A stretch of DNA of 64,000 bases from Octopus vulgaris. Its lineage: Eukaryota. Position 1 is the stretch's first letter. Every line of letters starts with the position of its first letter. Location of the stretch: positions 6,386,001 through 6,450,000 of the forward strand of contig OX597824.1 in the NCBI GenBank assembly GCA_951406725.2. Reading direction: 5' to 3'. The notes under the pieces are model-generated. The model saw only the letters and a program-made list of their open reading frames with translations. It was not told the origin of the DNA and did no database searches. Below, piece by piece: positions 40,898 to 55,552 of the stretch. A program made the translations under genes and the position numbers.

Positions 40898-41280
40898 GTC
40901 TTACCTATGCACTGGTCAAGTAGAAAAACGATGAGTGACAAAAAAATTTGATTGTCTTTTGGTACCAAAAAAGTGAAGAAAGAGAGTAGAGAAGGTTAGG
41001 GAAGAGCAAGTAGGAAGAAAGAGAGAGTGCGGAGAAATAAGGGAATAAAGATAGACAGTAGGTAGTTGACAGAGATGGACAGAGGAAGAAATGGAAGGCA
41101 GTAAAGAGAGAAAAGCAGCAGATAGGTAGAGAGGTAGATAGAGGGGAGAGGAAAAGGACAGAGAAATAGATAGAAAAGAGAAACAGTCCTCCACCAAATA
41201 TTGAACACTGGGTAGGGTGCCACTGAGTGGGAACAGAAGTGAGTGTGTGACATTACATTGACTAACAGACCTAAAATACT

Positions 41281-41590
41281 GCACAGAAACTCAACAAACA
41301 CACATATATAATGATAAAGGAAATTGTTGTATACAGTGCTCAGGTGCACTACAACTAAAAAGAAAAAAATGGCCATCAGGTGTACTGTTGGCATTTTCAG
41401 GACACATGGAAGTTTTGATGGATGTAGTGTATTGAGAGCTAACAACTGATGTAGGTGGTTTATTCCATGCCTCTGCAATTCTGAGCATGAAAAATTGTTT
41501 CCGAAAGTCATGAGTGCTGTGTTGTTTTTTGATTTTACAAGCATGTCCGTGAGTGATTGTCATATGGAATTCAAAAAGTTACCCAAGGTT
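41281..41590 (-). pseudogene. CR1/L2-like 3' fragment
   Basis: THGHACKIKKQHS..RKQFFMLRIAEAWNKPP. Confidence 0.7.
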
Positions 41591-41640
41591 GTTGCTGGAA
41601 ATATTGTGGATAATCTTGTGGGTGTCAATCAAGTCAGTTG

Positions 41641-42430
41641 CCGACCAAATATCCAGGAAGATAGAAAACCCCCGGAACTTCCCAGGAAGTGTTCGACCAA
41701 ATTTTCAGGGAGTTAGTAAATCCTCGGAACTTCCCAGGAAGTTTTCGACCAAATTTCCAGGAAGTTAGAAAATCCTCGAAACTTCCCATGAAGTTTCCGA
41801 CCAAATTTCATGACGTTTTATACCAAATTCCAGGAAGCTAGAAAATCCTCGGAACTTCCCATGAAATTTTCGACCAAATTACCATGAAGTTAAAAAATCC
41901 TCGGAACTTCCCAGGAAGTTTTCGACCAAATTTCCAAGAAGTTAGAAGATCCTGGGAACTTGCCATGAAGTTTACGACCAAATTTCCAGGAAGTTGGAAA
42001 ACCCTGGGAACTTCCTGTGAAGTTTTCGGTCAAATTTCCAAGAAGTTAGAAAATCCTCGGAACATCCCAGGAAGTTTTCGACCAAATTTCCAGGAAGTTA
42101 GAAAATCCCCAGAACTTCCCATGAAGTTTTCGACCAAATTTCCAGGAAGTTAGAAAACCCTCGGAACTTCCTATTGTTTCCGACCAAAATTCCAGTTTTT
42201 TAGAAAATCCTCGGAAGTTTTCGATCAAATTTCCAAGAAGTTTCAAAATCCTCGGAACTTTTCGACCAAATTTCCAGGAAATTGGAAAATCCCCGGAACT
42301 TCCCAGGGAATTTTCGACAAAATCTCCAGGAAGTTAGAAAATCCTTGGAACTTCCCATGAATTTTTCGACCAAATTACCATGAAGTTAAAAATCCTCGGA
42401 ACTTCCCAGGAAGTTTTCGACCAAATTTCC
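41641..42430. repeat. 52-bp minisatellite, about 15 units
   Basis: Unit cgaccaaatttccaggaagttagaaaatcctcggaacttcccaggaagtttt. Confidence 0.9.
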
Positions 42431-42563
42431 GTTTGTATATAATACAAACAACTGATAGATTTAAAAACATGAGAAATAGTGCATATAACAGGCTTCACAA
42501 CTGGTGCAAAACATCTCGTCTACGCCCAGAAGAAAATAACTTCCTACATCTTGATCCTTATAT

Positions 42564-42607
<44 letters not shown>

Positions 42608-42617
42608 TGTGTGTATT

Positions 42618-42650
<33 letters not shown>

Positions 42651-42688
42651 ATATACACACACACATATATATATACACATATATATAT

Positions 42689-42719
<31 letters not shown>

Positions 42720-42751
42720 TATAGATAGATAGATAGATAGATAGATATATA

Positions 42752-42932
42752 GGCGTAGGAGTGGCTGTGTGGTAAGTAGCTTGCTTACGAACCATATGGT
42801 TCCAGGTTCAGTCCCACTGCGTGGCACCTCGGGCAAGTGTCTTCTACTATAGCCTCGGGCCGACGAAAGCCTTGTGAGTAGATTCGGTAGGCGGAAACTG
42901 AAAGAAGCCCGTCGTATATATATATATATGTG

Positions 42933-42967
<35 letters not shown>

Positions 42968-43178
42968 CTGTGTGTGTCTGTGTTTGTCACCCCAACATCG
43001 CTTGACAACCGATGGGAGTGTGGTTACGTCCCCGTGACCTAGCGGTTCGGCAAAAGAGACCGATAGAATAAGTACTAGGCTTACAAAAAATAAGTCATGG
43101 GGTCAATTTGCTCGACTAAAGGCGGTGCTCCAGCATGGCCACAATCAAATGACTGAAACAAGTAAAAGAGTAAAAGAG
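42752..43178 (+). mobile_element. SINE family A, full length
   Basis: Homologous to 4787-5190. Confidence 0.85.
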
Positions 43179-44379
43179 TATACATATATATGTATATACA
43201 CATACATATATGTATATATACACTCACACACACACATGTATATACATACCCATACATGCATTCATAGACACGTATATACGTATATGCATACATACAGATA
43301 TAAATTTTTGTGTAGGCGAGTGTTTATGTATTGCGTGTATGACTTTGCGTTTGTCTCTGCAACGCTTGACAACCAGTGTTGGTTCGTGTGCGTTCCTACC
43401 GATGGGCGGCTCGGCTAAACTGACCAATGGAACAAATGTGAGACTTTAGAAATAAGTCCTGAGATCAATTTAATTAACCAATCCTTTCAAGTCCAATAAC
43501 TGAAATAAATAAAAGCGTGAAATGGCGTCTATTCCTATTGCACCGTTGTTATTTTGAGCGTCACATTGCACCGTTGTTAATAACTTCATTGTGTAATAAT
43601 ATCCGGCCATGAGTTGTAGATGCGCCAAAGAAAATATCGTTTTTAAGAGTCGTTTATAAGACAGCATTAACAGAAATGCTGACCAAACGTTTGAGACAGA
43701 ACGTTCAACTAAATTCTTTGCAAATTCTATTTCAAAGAATCCACATCAAATACCAATATGAAATAGTTTTATTGGGAAACAGAAGTAAAATTGCTTTCTT
43801 CAACGTATTATTATAGCACTAAAGCCTTAGAATCTGTTTGTAACGAGTGCGTTTGTTGCTTATTATCTCGGTCAGAAACGATGCACATCTCAGATGGAGA
43901 GGATTAGTTCACAGTTAGCTTATAATCTCGGAAAAGTTACAGCTATGTTTGTGCAATAACTATCGTATAAACAGATGCCCGCTTTAGATGTAGTCGAGAA
44001 AGCTACAGCAATGACAAGAAGAATAATCACGAACAGCAAATAGTGACCTCAGATGCTGCATATTCTCTATTTTTCAATTTAAAAGTTGTCTTTGTTGACA
44101 TAACTTTCTTTAACCTCGTTCGGTGTTAGTGAACCATTCGGCCTTACTTTCACGTCACCACAAAAGCTTGTTGCATTATCTCCAGTGAACACAATCATTT
44201 AGATCTTTGCCCCAGCATAGAAAACATGAAATGTCGCTAATAACTTTGTTTGCTTCTCTCTTATGAGTTCTCTTTGTATAGTAAGCACGTTTCGTTTTGT
44301 TTTAAATAAAAAAAATTCTACCAGTAAAGCAATAATAACAACAACAACAACAATAATAATAATAATAATAATAATGATG

Positions 44380-44438
<59 letters not shown>

Positions 44439-44456
44439 GATAATAATAATAATAAC

Positions 44457-44565
<109 letters not shown>

Positions 44566-45720
44566 CACTTGCGTTCGCTGGTTTTATTCCACATTAACCA
44601 ACAGAAAACTTAATTTGATTCGATGGTTGTTGGTAGCATATGAAATAATAACAAGAAAATACAGCCGACAGGGATGAAACGTCCAATTGAAATTACTATC
44701 ACGTCAGACGGATACATAATGCACAATAAATAAATAAACATACAAATAAAATAACACTCCCACACACACACACACACGAGCGCCAATACTTAGATATTGT
44801 ATACATAGAGACCTTATTTACTACAGGGGTCAAAAGACACGTCTTCATGTATAAACACGAATACCCAAACTTCAAACACAGCATCATTAAAGGAACACTA
44901 GCATTGGAAAATATCTACGGTTATATTCGCACGTATATAGATCGACGGAATGTGGGACTCTCGCAAATGACATGAGCGAACTACATATACACCACATGCA
45001 TAACCATCGATTTACAAATTATCTGTAAACAAAATAAAACACTCGAAAGACATCTTACTCAAAATATATGTTTAACTTACATATGAATAAATATACATAA
45101 CAGACTTTACTCTAAGGTGATATGTGCACTTTTCTATTTCTGATTCAGTAAATAAACGCAAACTATATATTCTCATTCTCTTACATTGTTTTACATTGTT
45201 TTACATTCTATTCCTACTGCAATGTTTTGTGATGCTAGAAAAATTGATAAAAACAAATGATGTTTGAAAAATAAAATTGTGATTGTCTGCGACAACAATA
45301 ACCACTTAAGGAAGTTGGAAAATATCAGTTCGTCGGCTGTGAGTTGGACTTTTTCCTCTCTGGCGCTAAACATGGTCTGTGGTCTTGTTCAGGGACATAC
45401 GAAGATATAAAAATAGGGTATGCAGTTCCCTGAGTTTTTTGCTTTTCTTCTTCAATGGTATTTCGCCATTTTCTTTGCTGGTGTCTGCGCTTCTTTGTGG
45501 CAATGATTTGAAAATGAATTTCCTACGTGTATGGCTATGAATAACCGCAAAACCTAGGTGCGTGGTTAAGAAGGTAGGGTCCTGAAATCGAGTCGTTTCA
45601 GGTTCAGTCCCACTCTGCGACACCTTGTACAAGTCTATTCTGCTACAACCTCGGGCCGGCTCATACGATAAATCTCTTGTGAGTAATATGGTAGTCGGAA
45701 ACTGTGTGGAGGCCCTGCCG

Positions 45721-45772
<52 letters not shown>

Positions 45773-45795
45773 AGAACAAAGTGTACGTACGCCGC

Positions 45796-45849
<54 letters not shown>

Positions 45850-46009
45850 TAAACAACAAGTTGCTTAGCCACATACCGAAAATTTAGAAATAGCAGTCAA
45901 AGACCGCTTATTCCTAATTTCTACAAATATAGCTCCATATATAACATTTACTTGCAACTCACTTATACAAAAATGAGGAAAAATAACAAAAACAAACAGT
46001 CTTCGGTTA

Positions 46010-46068
46010 GTTGTGGACGCGTTTCTGGGTTAGAATTATAAAGAACTCATTCCCGTTTTCGGCACAAC
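46010..46068 (-). ncRNA. Decayed type I hammerhead motif
   Basis: guugug-CCGAAAA-cggg...ccca-GAAA-cgcg-UC-cacaac. Perfect 6-bp stem I and palindromic stem III, two core substitutions. Confidence 0.55.
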
Positions 46069-46366
46069 ATTCCATTAAGTTATAGATTTGCAAATGCAAA
46101 TTTACCTACCACTTGCAACCGATCTCGCGCCACCGGAGATAGCAGGAGATAGTCAGCACAAACCAAATCCATTTTCTGTGGATTACCTGTGAACCAGGAT
46201 TACCTGAGTGACGAAATTGTGTTGCCGTGCCCCGAACTGTCTTCCTTCCTTCTTTTTCTCTGCTCTGTCTTTCTGTTGTTTTTTTGTGTTTTTGTGGACT
46301 TTTTATTCGAACATTTTGAATTTTTTGTTGAACATTTTCCCTGTGTGGTTTTTTTTTTTTGCAAGC

Positions 46367-47095
46367 ATGGCAAAAAATAATAGCACTGCCTTGGAGTGGG
46401 AAATTGTGCCCCTCTAAGCAGTGGATAAAGGACTTTAATGAGAGAACGGTGGTGTTGGGGACGTATTCCAAGTCCCTCGACATCATCACTGTATTCTCTC
46501 AAGTTGACATTGAGAAAGAGTTGGCAGAATATCTGTCAACTATTAAGTTTATTGGAAGGGGTGTCAAATATACAACGGTGTGGTTGCTATTTGACACCCC
46601 TGAGGAGGCTCGCATTTTTGCGAGCCAGCCCCTGGAAGCGGAGAAGATTTTCTTTCTTCCCACACATGGTGAGAGGAAATTGACAAGAGCTTGGGTGTGT
46701 GGGCTACTACCCAGAATGGCGCCCGAGTGGCTGGAGGACGCTATCCGCCGGGGTCTGGGTGGCAGCGGAGTCAAGCTTTTAAATGTTGAAATTCTGCCTG
46801 CGGCTGATTGGGTGTGGTCGAGAGCAGTTTTGACTCTGTGGACCCCAAGTGTCATCAGTGCCTGGAGCCTGGCCACATTAAAAAGAACTGTCCTCAGGAC
46901 CAAAACAGGGTCCTGGAGCAGTTAGTTGTGGAAGAGCCCCTTCCCCCTCCTCCTCCGGAAGGAGAGATGGAGGTAGGGGAGGAGGGAGCGACCTCTCCCG
47001 GAAAAAAGGGGAGAAAAAGGAAGAAAGGGAGCAACAATGGTTGCTCTCCGAGGGATCCCAAGGTTGCGGGAGGAAGTGAGGTTCCTACGGTCATG
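46367..47095 (+). pseudogene. Gag-like ORF1 remnant of a non-LTR element (Tx1/L1-like)
   Basis: RRM-like segment (VWLLFDTPEEARIF..RAWVCGL), then frameshifted CHQCLEPGHIKKNCP (CX2CX4HX4C) and a basic KKGRKRKK tail. Confidence 0.65.
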
Positions 47096-47226
47096 ATTTT
47101 GTGGGTTCGACTCTCGATGGAGTTAACTCATCATTTTTCTGTCAATTGCTTAAATAAATGTCACTTTCATCGGAGTATATATTATTATTATCATTATTAT
47201 TATTATTATTATTATCATTATTATTA

Positions 47227-47267
<41 letters not shown>

Positions 47268-47304
47268 GTTATTATTATTATTATTATTGTTATTATTATT
47301 ATTA

Positions 47305-47346
<42 letters not shown>

Positions 47347-47381
47347 GTTATTATATATTATTATTGTTATTATTATTATTA

Positions 47382-47414
<33 letters not shown>

Positions 47415-47457
47415 GTTATTATTATTATTATTATTATTGTTATTATTATTATTATTA

Positions 47458-47496
<39 letters not shown>

Positions 47497-47531
47497 GTTA
47501 TTATATATTATTATTGTTATTATTATTATTA

Positions 47532-47570
<39 letters not shown>

Positions 47571-47877
47571 GTTATTATATATTATTATATGGTTATTACT
47601 GTATAAAAATGACTAGTAGTCGCATTTTCTTCGTAACTTATCAAGCCTCCGGGTTCGTTTACAAATATTATATATTTGTGTGTGTGTGTGTAAGTGTGTG
47701 TGTTTGTGTGTGTGTATGTATACATGTATGCACGCATGTATTTATGTATGTATATACATACATATGTTTATACACATGTTTACAAATGTATGAATGTCTA
47801 TGAATGTATGTGCCCATGTATGTGTGTGGTATATATACTTATACACACGCATATGTACATGTGTGCGTCTACGTTTT

Positions 47878-47942
<65 letters not shown>

Positions 47943-48931
47943 AAAGATAATTCGTTATATAGATAGGTAGATAAATACAAGCTAGAAAGCCAGTGTAATG
48001 TTCGGAAGTTAGTTCTCTTAGAAATGCCTACCTTCAAAAGTTACTAATACAATTGACGATTCAAGCTCAATAAAGGTTTTCCTTCTTCTCGCTTGAACAA
48101 TATTGTATTTTGAAAATCTGTTTTCATTATATAATACTCCATTGTCAATATGAAGTTTCCTCTTCCTTCTTTCGGCATTTCGTTTATTTTCTGTTTCTTT
48201 GCTTTTTCATTTTCGGCTTCCTTTTGCTTTGATCTGCAAAGAATTATAATTGTATTTATCTATCTGATTATCTCATCAGCATTGTTGTAACTCTTTTGGC
48301 AATACCGTGGAAGTACCAGAGAAAATACAGCTAAATTGGGTTTCGAGTTTCGGGGTCTCATTAAGGCGGAGATTTTTTCCCAAGTGTACAAGCGACTGAA
48401 AGTACAAAACTTCACTTTCGCAGGCTGGAAGTCGGCCGGAAGATTAACCCCTGCTTTTGATGGGTAGTCATTTCAGTTGAGCAGATTGGGACCAATTTGA
48501 AATGACATGCATGACTCCAAGATACAACACGCCCATCTGGTTCGAGAATAGAACCAACAACTTAACTATCAGAAGGGCTACACCTAGCTACTAGGCCAAG
48601 CATCTTCATAGGTTATGATAAACAGGAAAGTATAACAAGCTGTCAGTCGCAGGCAAATATACGTTGATGTCCTTTACACGGTTTTCGTTAGTTTCCTATT
48701 TGGCCAGGAGCATGGATTCCTATCGGCTCATCTGAAATGAGGATGAACTCAAGCTCCCGGTTAATCTTTTGGCCGACTTCCGTCCAATACTTTCAGTTGC
48801 TTATACACACCGGAGATAGCCTCTACCCTTGTGGTGTGATTTGAGGAAATTTGTTTAGTATTTCTAGCAATTTGAGTGACCACTTGGATTCTGAGAATCT
48901 TTCCTAGGCGCAGTTTGTGAGCCTGCATTTG

Positions 48932-48981
<50 letters not shown>

Positions 48982-49559
48982 TTCACGATGTCGTGCAGCT
49001 ACTGTTTATATCTTGCTCAGACATTTATTATTGCTCGTTCACACTTTTTCGAGATCAGTGACTTTTCGTCACTGGAAAAAGCATTGAGAACCACTTCCCA
49101 TCGACAATCGGTGATTGTCACTATTGGGTGTTGGTAGTGATTTCCTCGATGTGGATTTTAATTGTTACACACTGATATTGAATGTTGTAGGTTTCCCCGC
49201 GCGAGTGAACCAAGATTCGTTGGATTGTGCAAATGATTGAATTTCAGTCACTGTTGACGGGAGGAGTGAAGAAAGATGGAGAATAAGACAAAGTCACGAG
49301 GAGGGGAGGAGAGGTAAGGAGAGCAGTGCCGAGGGGGTAGTACCAATGGGGGAGACAGATAGAGTAGAGGAGCCCTTCACAGTGGTAGGCACGAAAAGGA
49401 GGGAGGAGCGGGTGAATTCTCCCCCCGGACAGTCAAAGGAGGCTGAGGAAGATTGAGACGGAGGAAAGGAGAAGTAGGTGTGAAGAACCAACGGATGCAG
49501 TGGTGAAGGAGAGCACACAGGAGGGAGCAGCATTGCAACGAGGAGAGGGGGGAAGCGTT

Positions 49560-49860
49560 CATAAAGTTGGTTGTGATGTTTCTGCACGCGCAAACGGATC
49601 AGGACGGGAGCCGAAGCAGGCAGAAGTGAAAAGGAAGAGATACAAATGGCATTTGGTCACTTATTCCAAGAGTAAAGAAGTAGAGAAAACGATTGTAAAA
49701 TTTAAATCGGTAATAAGAGAGAAGCTGCCGCCAGGAAAATACCCGGAATACACTGAAGGAATAGTCATAGATAAAGAGAGATTTTTTGAAATTAAGAGAA
49801 GATGTATGGACATTTCATAGACCCGCTGGGAGTTGAAGTCGAGTTTCACGAGCTCCCGCC
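49560..49860 (+). pseudogene. Possible related ORF1 remnant
   Basis: HLVTYSKSKEV echoes VLGTYSKSLDI of the 46.4-kb ORF1. Confidence 0.25.
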
Positions 49861-50189
49861 GGTCGTGGAATTAGAAGATTTGAAACCCTTTATGAACTTT
49901 TAAAAATAAGTAAGTAAAATTTGTACTTCATAAATAAAAAAAAAAAACGAGGAAAATAGACTGTTAAAATGTATAAAGAAAAAAGAAAAAAAAAACATAC
50001 AAAAAGCAATAGACTAAGAAAAAGAACAAGAAAAAAAGGAAAAAAAAGAAAAATGACTGTAAGAACGTTTAATTGTAAAAAAGAAATCGCGGTTTCGTCT
50101 CGGAGCGGGACCGAGAGAGCCGTCTCATATTCATTATAATTTAATACATTGCAATTCATTCTTTCATATGTTTTTATTTTGTGCCCGCA

Positions 50190-50420
50190 TGTTTGTGTAT
50201 GTCTCCTCTGTATTCAGGCCTTATGCCTATAATAAAGAGAAAACCGGTGATGACACACGCTGATGATGGGTCAATACACAGAATCTCGGGTCCGTGTGTA
50301 TCACGTCAGGTTGGAGATGGGAAGGATGGCTTCCCTTTGCAAATACTGATAGGGCACAGAAAGTGTGTCAATAGCCAGCTGGAAGAGATGTCTTCCTGGG
50401 GCTACAAACTACAGAAGCTT
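50190..50420 (+). pseudogene. Possible L1/Tx1 RT remnant
   Basis: SPLY..LMP..THADD (YADD-like). Confidence 0.3.
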
Positions 50421-50914
50421 CCACCATTAATAGTTAGCCACATTTAAGTGGCAAATATACCTCGCGATATATCTATATACATATATGTGCGTGTGTGTGT
50501 GTGTGTGAGAGAGAGTGAGTATATATATATATACATGCATGTGTGTGTATACATGTTTGTATAGATATATAGATTTAAATGAATTGTTATAATAAATGTT
50601 GCCATAAATCATTATATTGTAATGTCTATGAATTTATCATGTCAGACTTCGAACACACATCAATAAAATACTTTCCCGGCATAAAACATATTGGCATGAA
50701 GAAACTTACACACCCTACGCACCAAGTTTATTTCTCCATATTTTTCTTACTTCACTTTTCTCTCTTCCTCTATATTATTCACTCTCTTTCTCCTTCCACT
50801 TAACACACGCTGGTGCATACACCCACACACACGTATACATATACACATACAAACAAACGCACACACATACACATGCAAACGCGCACACATACACAAAACG
50901 TTATTGACGTTATT

Positions 50915-51160
50915 GCTTCGAATCTCAGACTGGGCGATGTGTGTGTTTATGAGCGAAACACCTAAGCTCTACGCGGCTCCAGCAAAAGGTAATGGCGAAC
51001 TTCTGCTGACTCTTTCGCCACAACTTTCTCTCTCGCTCTTTCCTCCTGCATCTTGCAGCTCACCTGTGAAGGACCGGCGTCCCGTCCAGGTGGGGAACCT
51101 ATACGCCAAGGAAACCGGGAAACTGGCCCTTATGAGCCTGGCATAGCTCGAGAAGGAACA
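50915..51160 (+). mobile_element. SINE related to family C, 5'-truncated
   Basis: gtgtttatgagcgaaacaccta..ggaccggcgtcccgtccagg..gaaaccgggaaactggcc. 3' part shared with 61330-61405. Confidence 0.6.
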
Positions 51161-51173
51161 AACAACAACAACA

Positions 51174-51233
<60 letters not shown>

Positions 51234-51679
51234 GTTTAAGTTTGTATGTGCTTGTGCATGTATGTGAATGTGTGTGTGCGTGTGCGTGTGTGTGTGTGCA
51301 CGTTGATTTTGATATATGTATATTATGGTGTTAAAGTATGTAAAAGCAAGTAACTTTGGCAGGATGAAACTTATATGAACATTGCCTTTGTATAAATAGA
51401 GATCGATAAAATGAAAACTAAACTAAATAGTGAGGGTCGCTATAACTGGCTAAAATCCTTTGAAAGTAATGTCGAAATATTATGATACTGTAGTAACTGA
51501 AATGAGCAAAAGCATAACAGAATGTAAACTTGTGCACAAACGAATATGAAACAAATATCCACAGAGATCATAAAACCAATATTATTGGATTAAAATCAAT
51601 ATTAATTGATTTACAGATAATATCTGTATTAGCAACTTTTGAGTAGACGATATGGAACAAACGCAAGAACAAAAACATG

Positions 51680-52219
51680 AGATGAGTATATTATTTCTAA
51701 GGCTGCAAATATTTCCTAACACTTCAGCAATTGTAAAAGAGAAATGGTTCTGTTATGCCTAATGGTATATTGATTGTAAAATGATACGGGAATTCTTTTC
51801 CTAATACAGATTCAAGTGCAAAGTAGAAACGTATATATTATTGTTAATATTGCAACGATTGTAAAATGCAAACGGGTATATTATTTCTAACACCATTGTC
51901 AAACAGAAGCGAGCGTATTATTTCTAAGAGTGCGACTATTGTGATAGAGAAGCGAATATCTTCTTCCTAACATTGCAAAGATTCTAAAACAAAAATGGGG
52001 ACATTATTTTTAACATTGGAACAATTGTAAAATAAAATTCAATTCAACCCAGCTACCAGAACCAGAAGCGAGCCTATTATTTCTAAGAGTTCGACTATTG
52101 TAATTAGAGAAGCGAATATCTTGTTCCTAACATTGCTATGATTCTAAAACAAAAATGGGGACATTATTTTAGACACTGGAACAATTGTAAAATAAAATTC
52201 AATTCAACCCAGCTACCAG
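51680..52219. repeat. Degenerate ~40-bp tandem array containing a ~156-bp recent duplication
   Basis: 51904-52059 is repeated at about 52063-52219, with recurring tattatttctaa..attgtaaaa. Confidence 0.75.
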
Positions 52220-52859
52220 TATCACTAGGTTGCGCCTACAATGTTTTACATTTGCTAGAAAGAGCAAACAGATCTTAATCACACCCTACTGTGTTAAAAT
52301 ATTGAATATCTTGTTATATAATACAGTTCATAACATCGACAAAATGGCAGAAGGAAAATGCTTTATGGGAGTGTTATGCAGATTAATCTTTTGCCTACCC
52401 TGTGTATGACGTGAAACACAGGACATATTTCACCGGCGTTTATGTATCATATATTCCCAAATTGTCTTCAGCTACCAGAGTAATTTAAGACTTATGAAAA
52501 GAAAGCTTTATGTCACTCATAAAGTATGAAATAACAGCTAACTAAAAGTCAGAATATGAGAAACTTATGGAAATGCTTTGGACTGAGAAAGGGTTGAATA
52601 AACATTCAATGTAACATAGTGATTTGAAAATTTTTTAAGAGACTGCATTCGTGTAAGCAATTAGTACACAGAGGCATCCTCCAAGGATGTTTAAAATCAA
52701 CAAAAGAGAAAGATTGCTGCAATAAAGAAAACTTCTTTCCTTGAATCGGAGAGGATTATCCAGAAAGTACTCGACACAAAAGTAAAGACAAATAAGAATA
52801 GCATGGTAAGATTTGTGAGTTGAGTTAGATCGAGCTGCTGTTACTAAATAAAATAGAAC

Positions 52860-53330
52860 TTTCCTCGTGGCGAGCCTCATTCTAGAACACATAATAGCGT
52901 GTGTCATGTGATCTAGTCCAACATAAATACCGTGGTCAGGTTATCTATTATGTATGATTGATATCAGAATTCCGAAGCAACTTCTCTTTGGCCAATTCCC
53001 AACAGGGAGATGAGTTGGAAGGCCATTCTTGCGCTTCAAAGACAAACTACAAGACAATCTGAAGCAATGCAACATTCCCTTTTCTTCCTGGGAAAAGCAA
53101 TCAACAGAAGGTAGGACCTGGTGCCAGTCCTGCTTCTACTCAGTTTAAAGATTGGAGCAAAGTCGACTCCAACATCGGGACCAACTTCGTGCAAGCATGA
53201 AGGCACGCTAGCAAAACGCAGTTCCTCTAAATGGAAACCTTACCTGTCATTGTGGTTTTATAGCACAATGCAAAGCCAGCCTTGCCATCCACTCAAGAAA
53301 ATGCATAGTGAATGATCCACAAGCACTCGA
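52860..53330 (+). pseudogene. RTE-clade LINE 3' fragment
   Basis: WSGYLLCMIDIRIPKQLLFGQ..GRPFLRFKDKLQDNLKQCNI..SWE. Confidence 0.75.
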
Positions 53331-53474
53331 GAAAGCTGAGTCCTCAACACGTTCCATTTGCCAAAAGGTTTGCAAAGTACCAGCAGACTTCAAGAGACAC
53401 GTTCGTGCCCATAGAACATGACTAACGCTTTATTTTACCGAATCCTCAGTTGTTGTTCACGACAACAGAATCCA

Positions 53475-53547
<73 letters not shown>

Positions 53548-53556
53548 TATTATTAT

Positions 53557-54084
53557 TGAGTGAGAGAGCACCGCATGCCATCAAATTGACGCTGGGGGTA
53601 CAAATATACGAAGCCCAATATACCCTGCGAAAGGTACAGCAAGCACACGCATCACAACCATATGTGCACAACATGTTGATCTCCTATCAAAATAGACAGC
53701 GCATGACCATACACCTGGGGTCCTATTAAAATTTTCTTCAACTTCGTTAGCACATCCCACTCAAGTGGAATCTGAATAAGAGTCATTTAAGGTTGATGAG
53801 TGAAAAGTCATGTTTCCAGAGGTGAATTATTGAAACCTCAAAAGTATCCCCCTCGCCACATGGCTATGATGCTCCCCCACTACTTACTCCAGCTCGTGAT
53901 CAGAGATGTACATATCGTCAGCCATGAAGAGACATGCTCAACTGGTTAAGATCAAGTAACATACAAGAAAATGTGTGGTAATAAGGAGAACTTATTTTTG
54001 TAGTCCATCTTTTATACCAAGATAAAACATGTACACGATAACACTTCCAATCAGTTAAGATCAGAAGCCACGAGAACCACTGCT
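53557..54084 (-). mobile_element. ~550-bp (TAA)n-embedded repeat, copy 4 (more diverged)
   Basis: Colinear with 36342-36892, flanked by (TTA)n. Confidence 0.75.
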
Positions 54085-54944
54085 TTATTATCATTATCAT
54101 TATTATTATTATCATTATTATAAAGAGAAATAAAGGATAGATAATTGTGCATACAATACAATTTTTGTGTGCATAGATATATATGCGTGTGTGTGTGCGT
54201 GAGTGTGTAAGTATGCATATATAAATACATATAGATATGTATACACGCAAGTCTACACCACAGACTTGCAAACGTACGTACGTTATAAACGCATGTACGC
54301 TTGTATAATTAAAGACATGTTTGCTCTCAAGTGTTTTGTTATGGTTTGGTGTCTAGATGTACATTAATATGTTCTATTTGGCGTTTTATCTTCAGCGATT
54401 TGGCATATTTATTGTTGCAACTCTCTGCTGTCATTACACACACGCGCTCTTAGAAACAAGAAGATTTATGACGGAATTGCAGGCCTGGGAGTAGTTTGCG
54501 GAGTTAATAGCTGAAAAGCATGAACTTCTTTCATTGTATCTTTCTTTTATCGGTTTGTTTCCTGAATTTAAAATTCTGACTTGTGACGGGTATCGTATTT
54601 TAGAAGTTCTATCAATACGACATGCTAATCGACCGGTGAATTTTGGTTTCTATTTGTCTATTACCATTATTCTATAATTATTCTCCTGCTTTTTTTTTTA
54701 TTCTTTATATTTTTGAAACTACACAGAATATTTGTTTTCCACTGCTTTTTTTTTTAGTCAGTGTTGCTTTTGCTATGTTTTTTTATTATTTTCTTGTCAA
54801 TATTTATTTTATGGTGTGCGATATTCTGTGTCTCAAGAGTCTTTGTTATAGGTGCACAGTCAGCCAATATATAATGATTTGCTCATATGTTCAATACAAC
54901 AATTAGATTCGTAACGCGGTGACAGCTTTTATAGTTGCATTTGA

Positions 54945-55093
<149 letters not shown>

Positions 55094-55231
55094 TATATAC
55101 ATATATATATATATATCATTCATATATATATATTGTATATATATATATATGTGTGTATATATATACATACATATATACATACATATATACATACATATAT
55201 ATATACATATATACATACATATATATATATG

Positions 55232-55271
<40 letters not shown>

Positions 55272-55278
55272 TACATAC

Positions 55279-55347
<69 letters not shown>

Positions 55348-55503
55348 CATACATACATATGTGTGTGTATATATATATATATGTATGTATGTATATATAT
55401 ATATATATATATATATTAACATATGTATATGGTTTCTTATTTTGCTAACTGACTTGCAGACTTGTTTCACTACATATCATTATAAATGCTATCATTATTG
55501 TTA

Positions 55504-55552
<49 letters not shown>

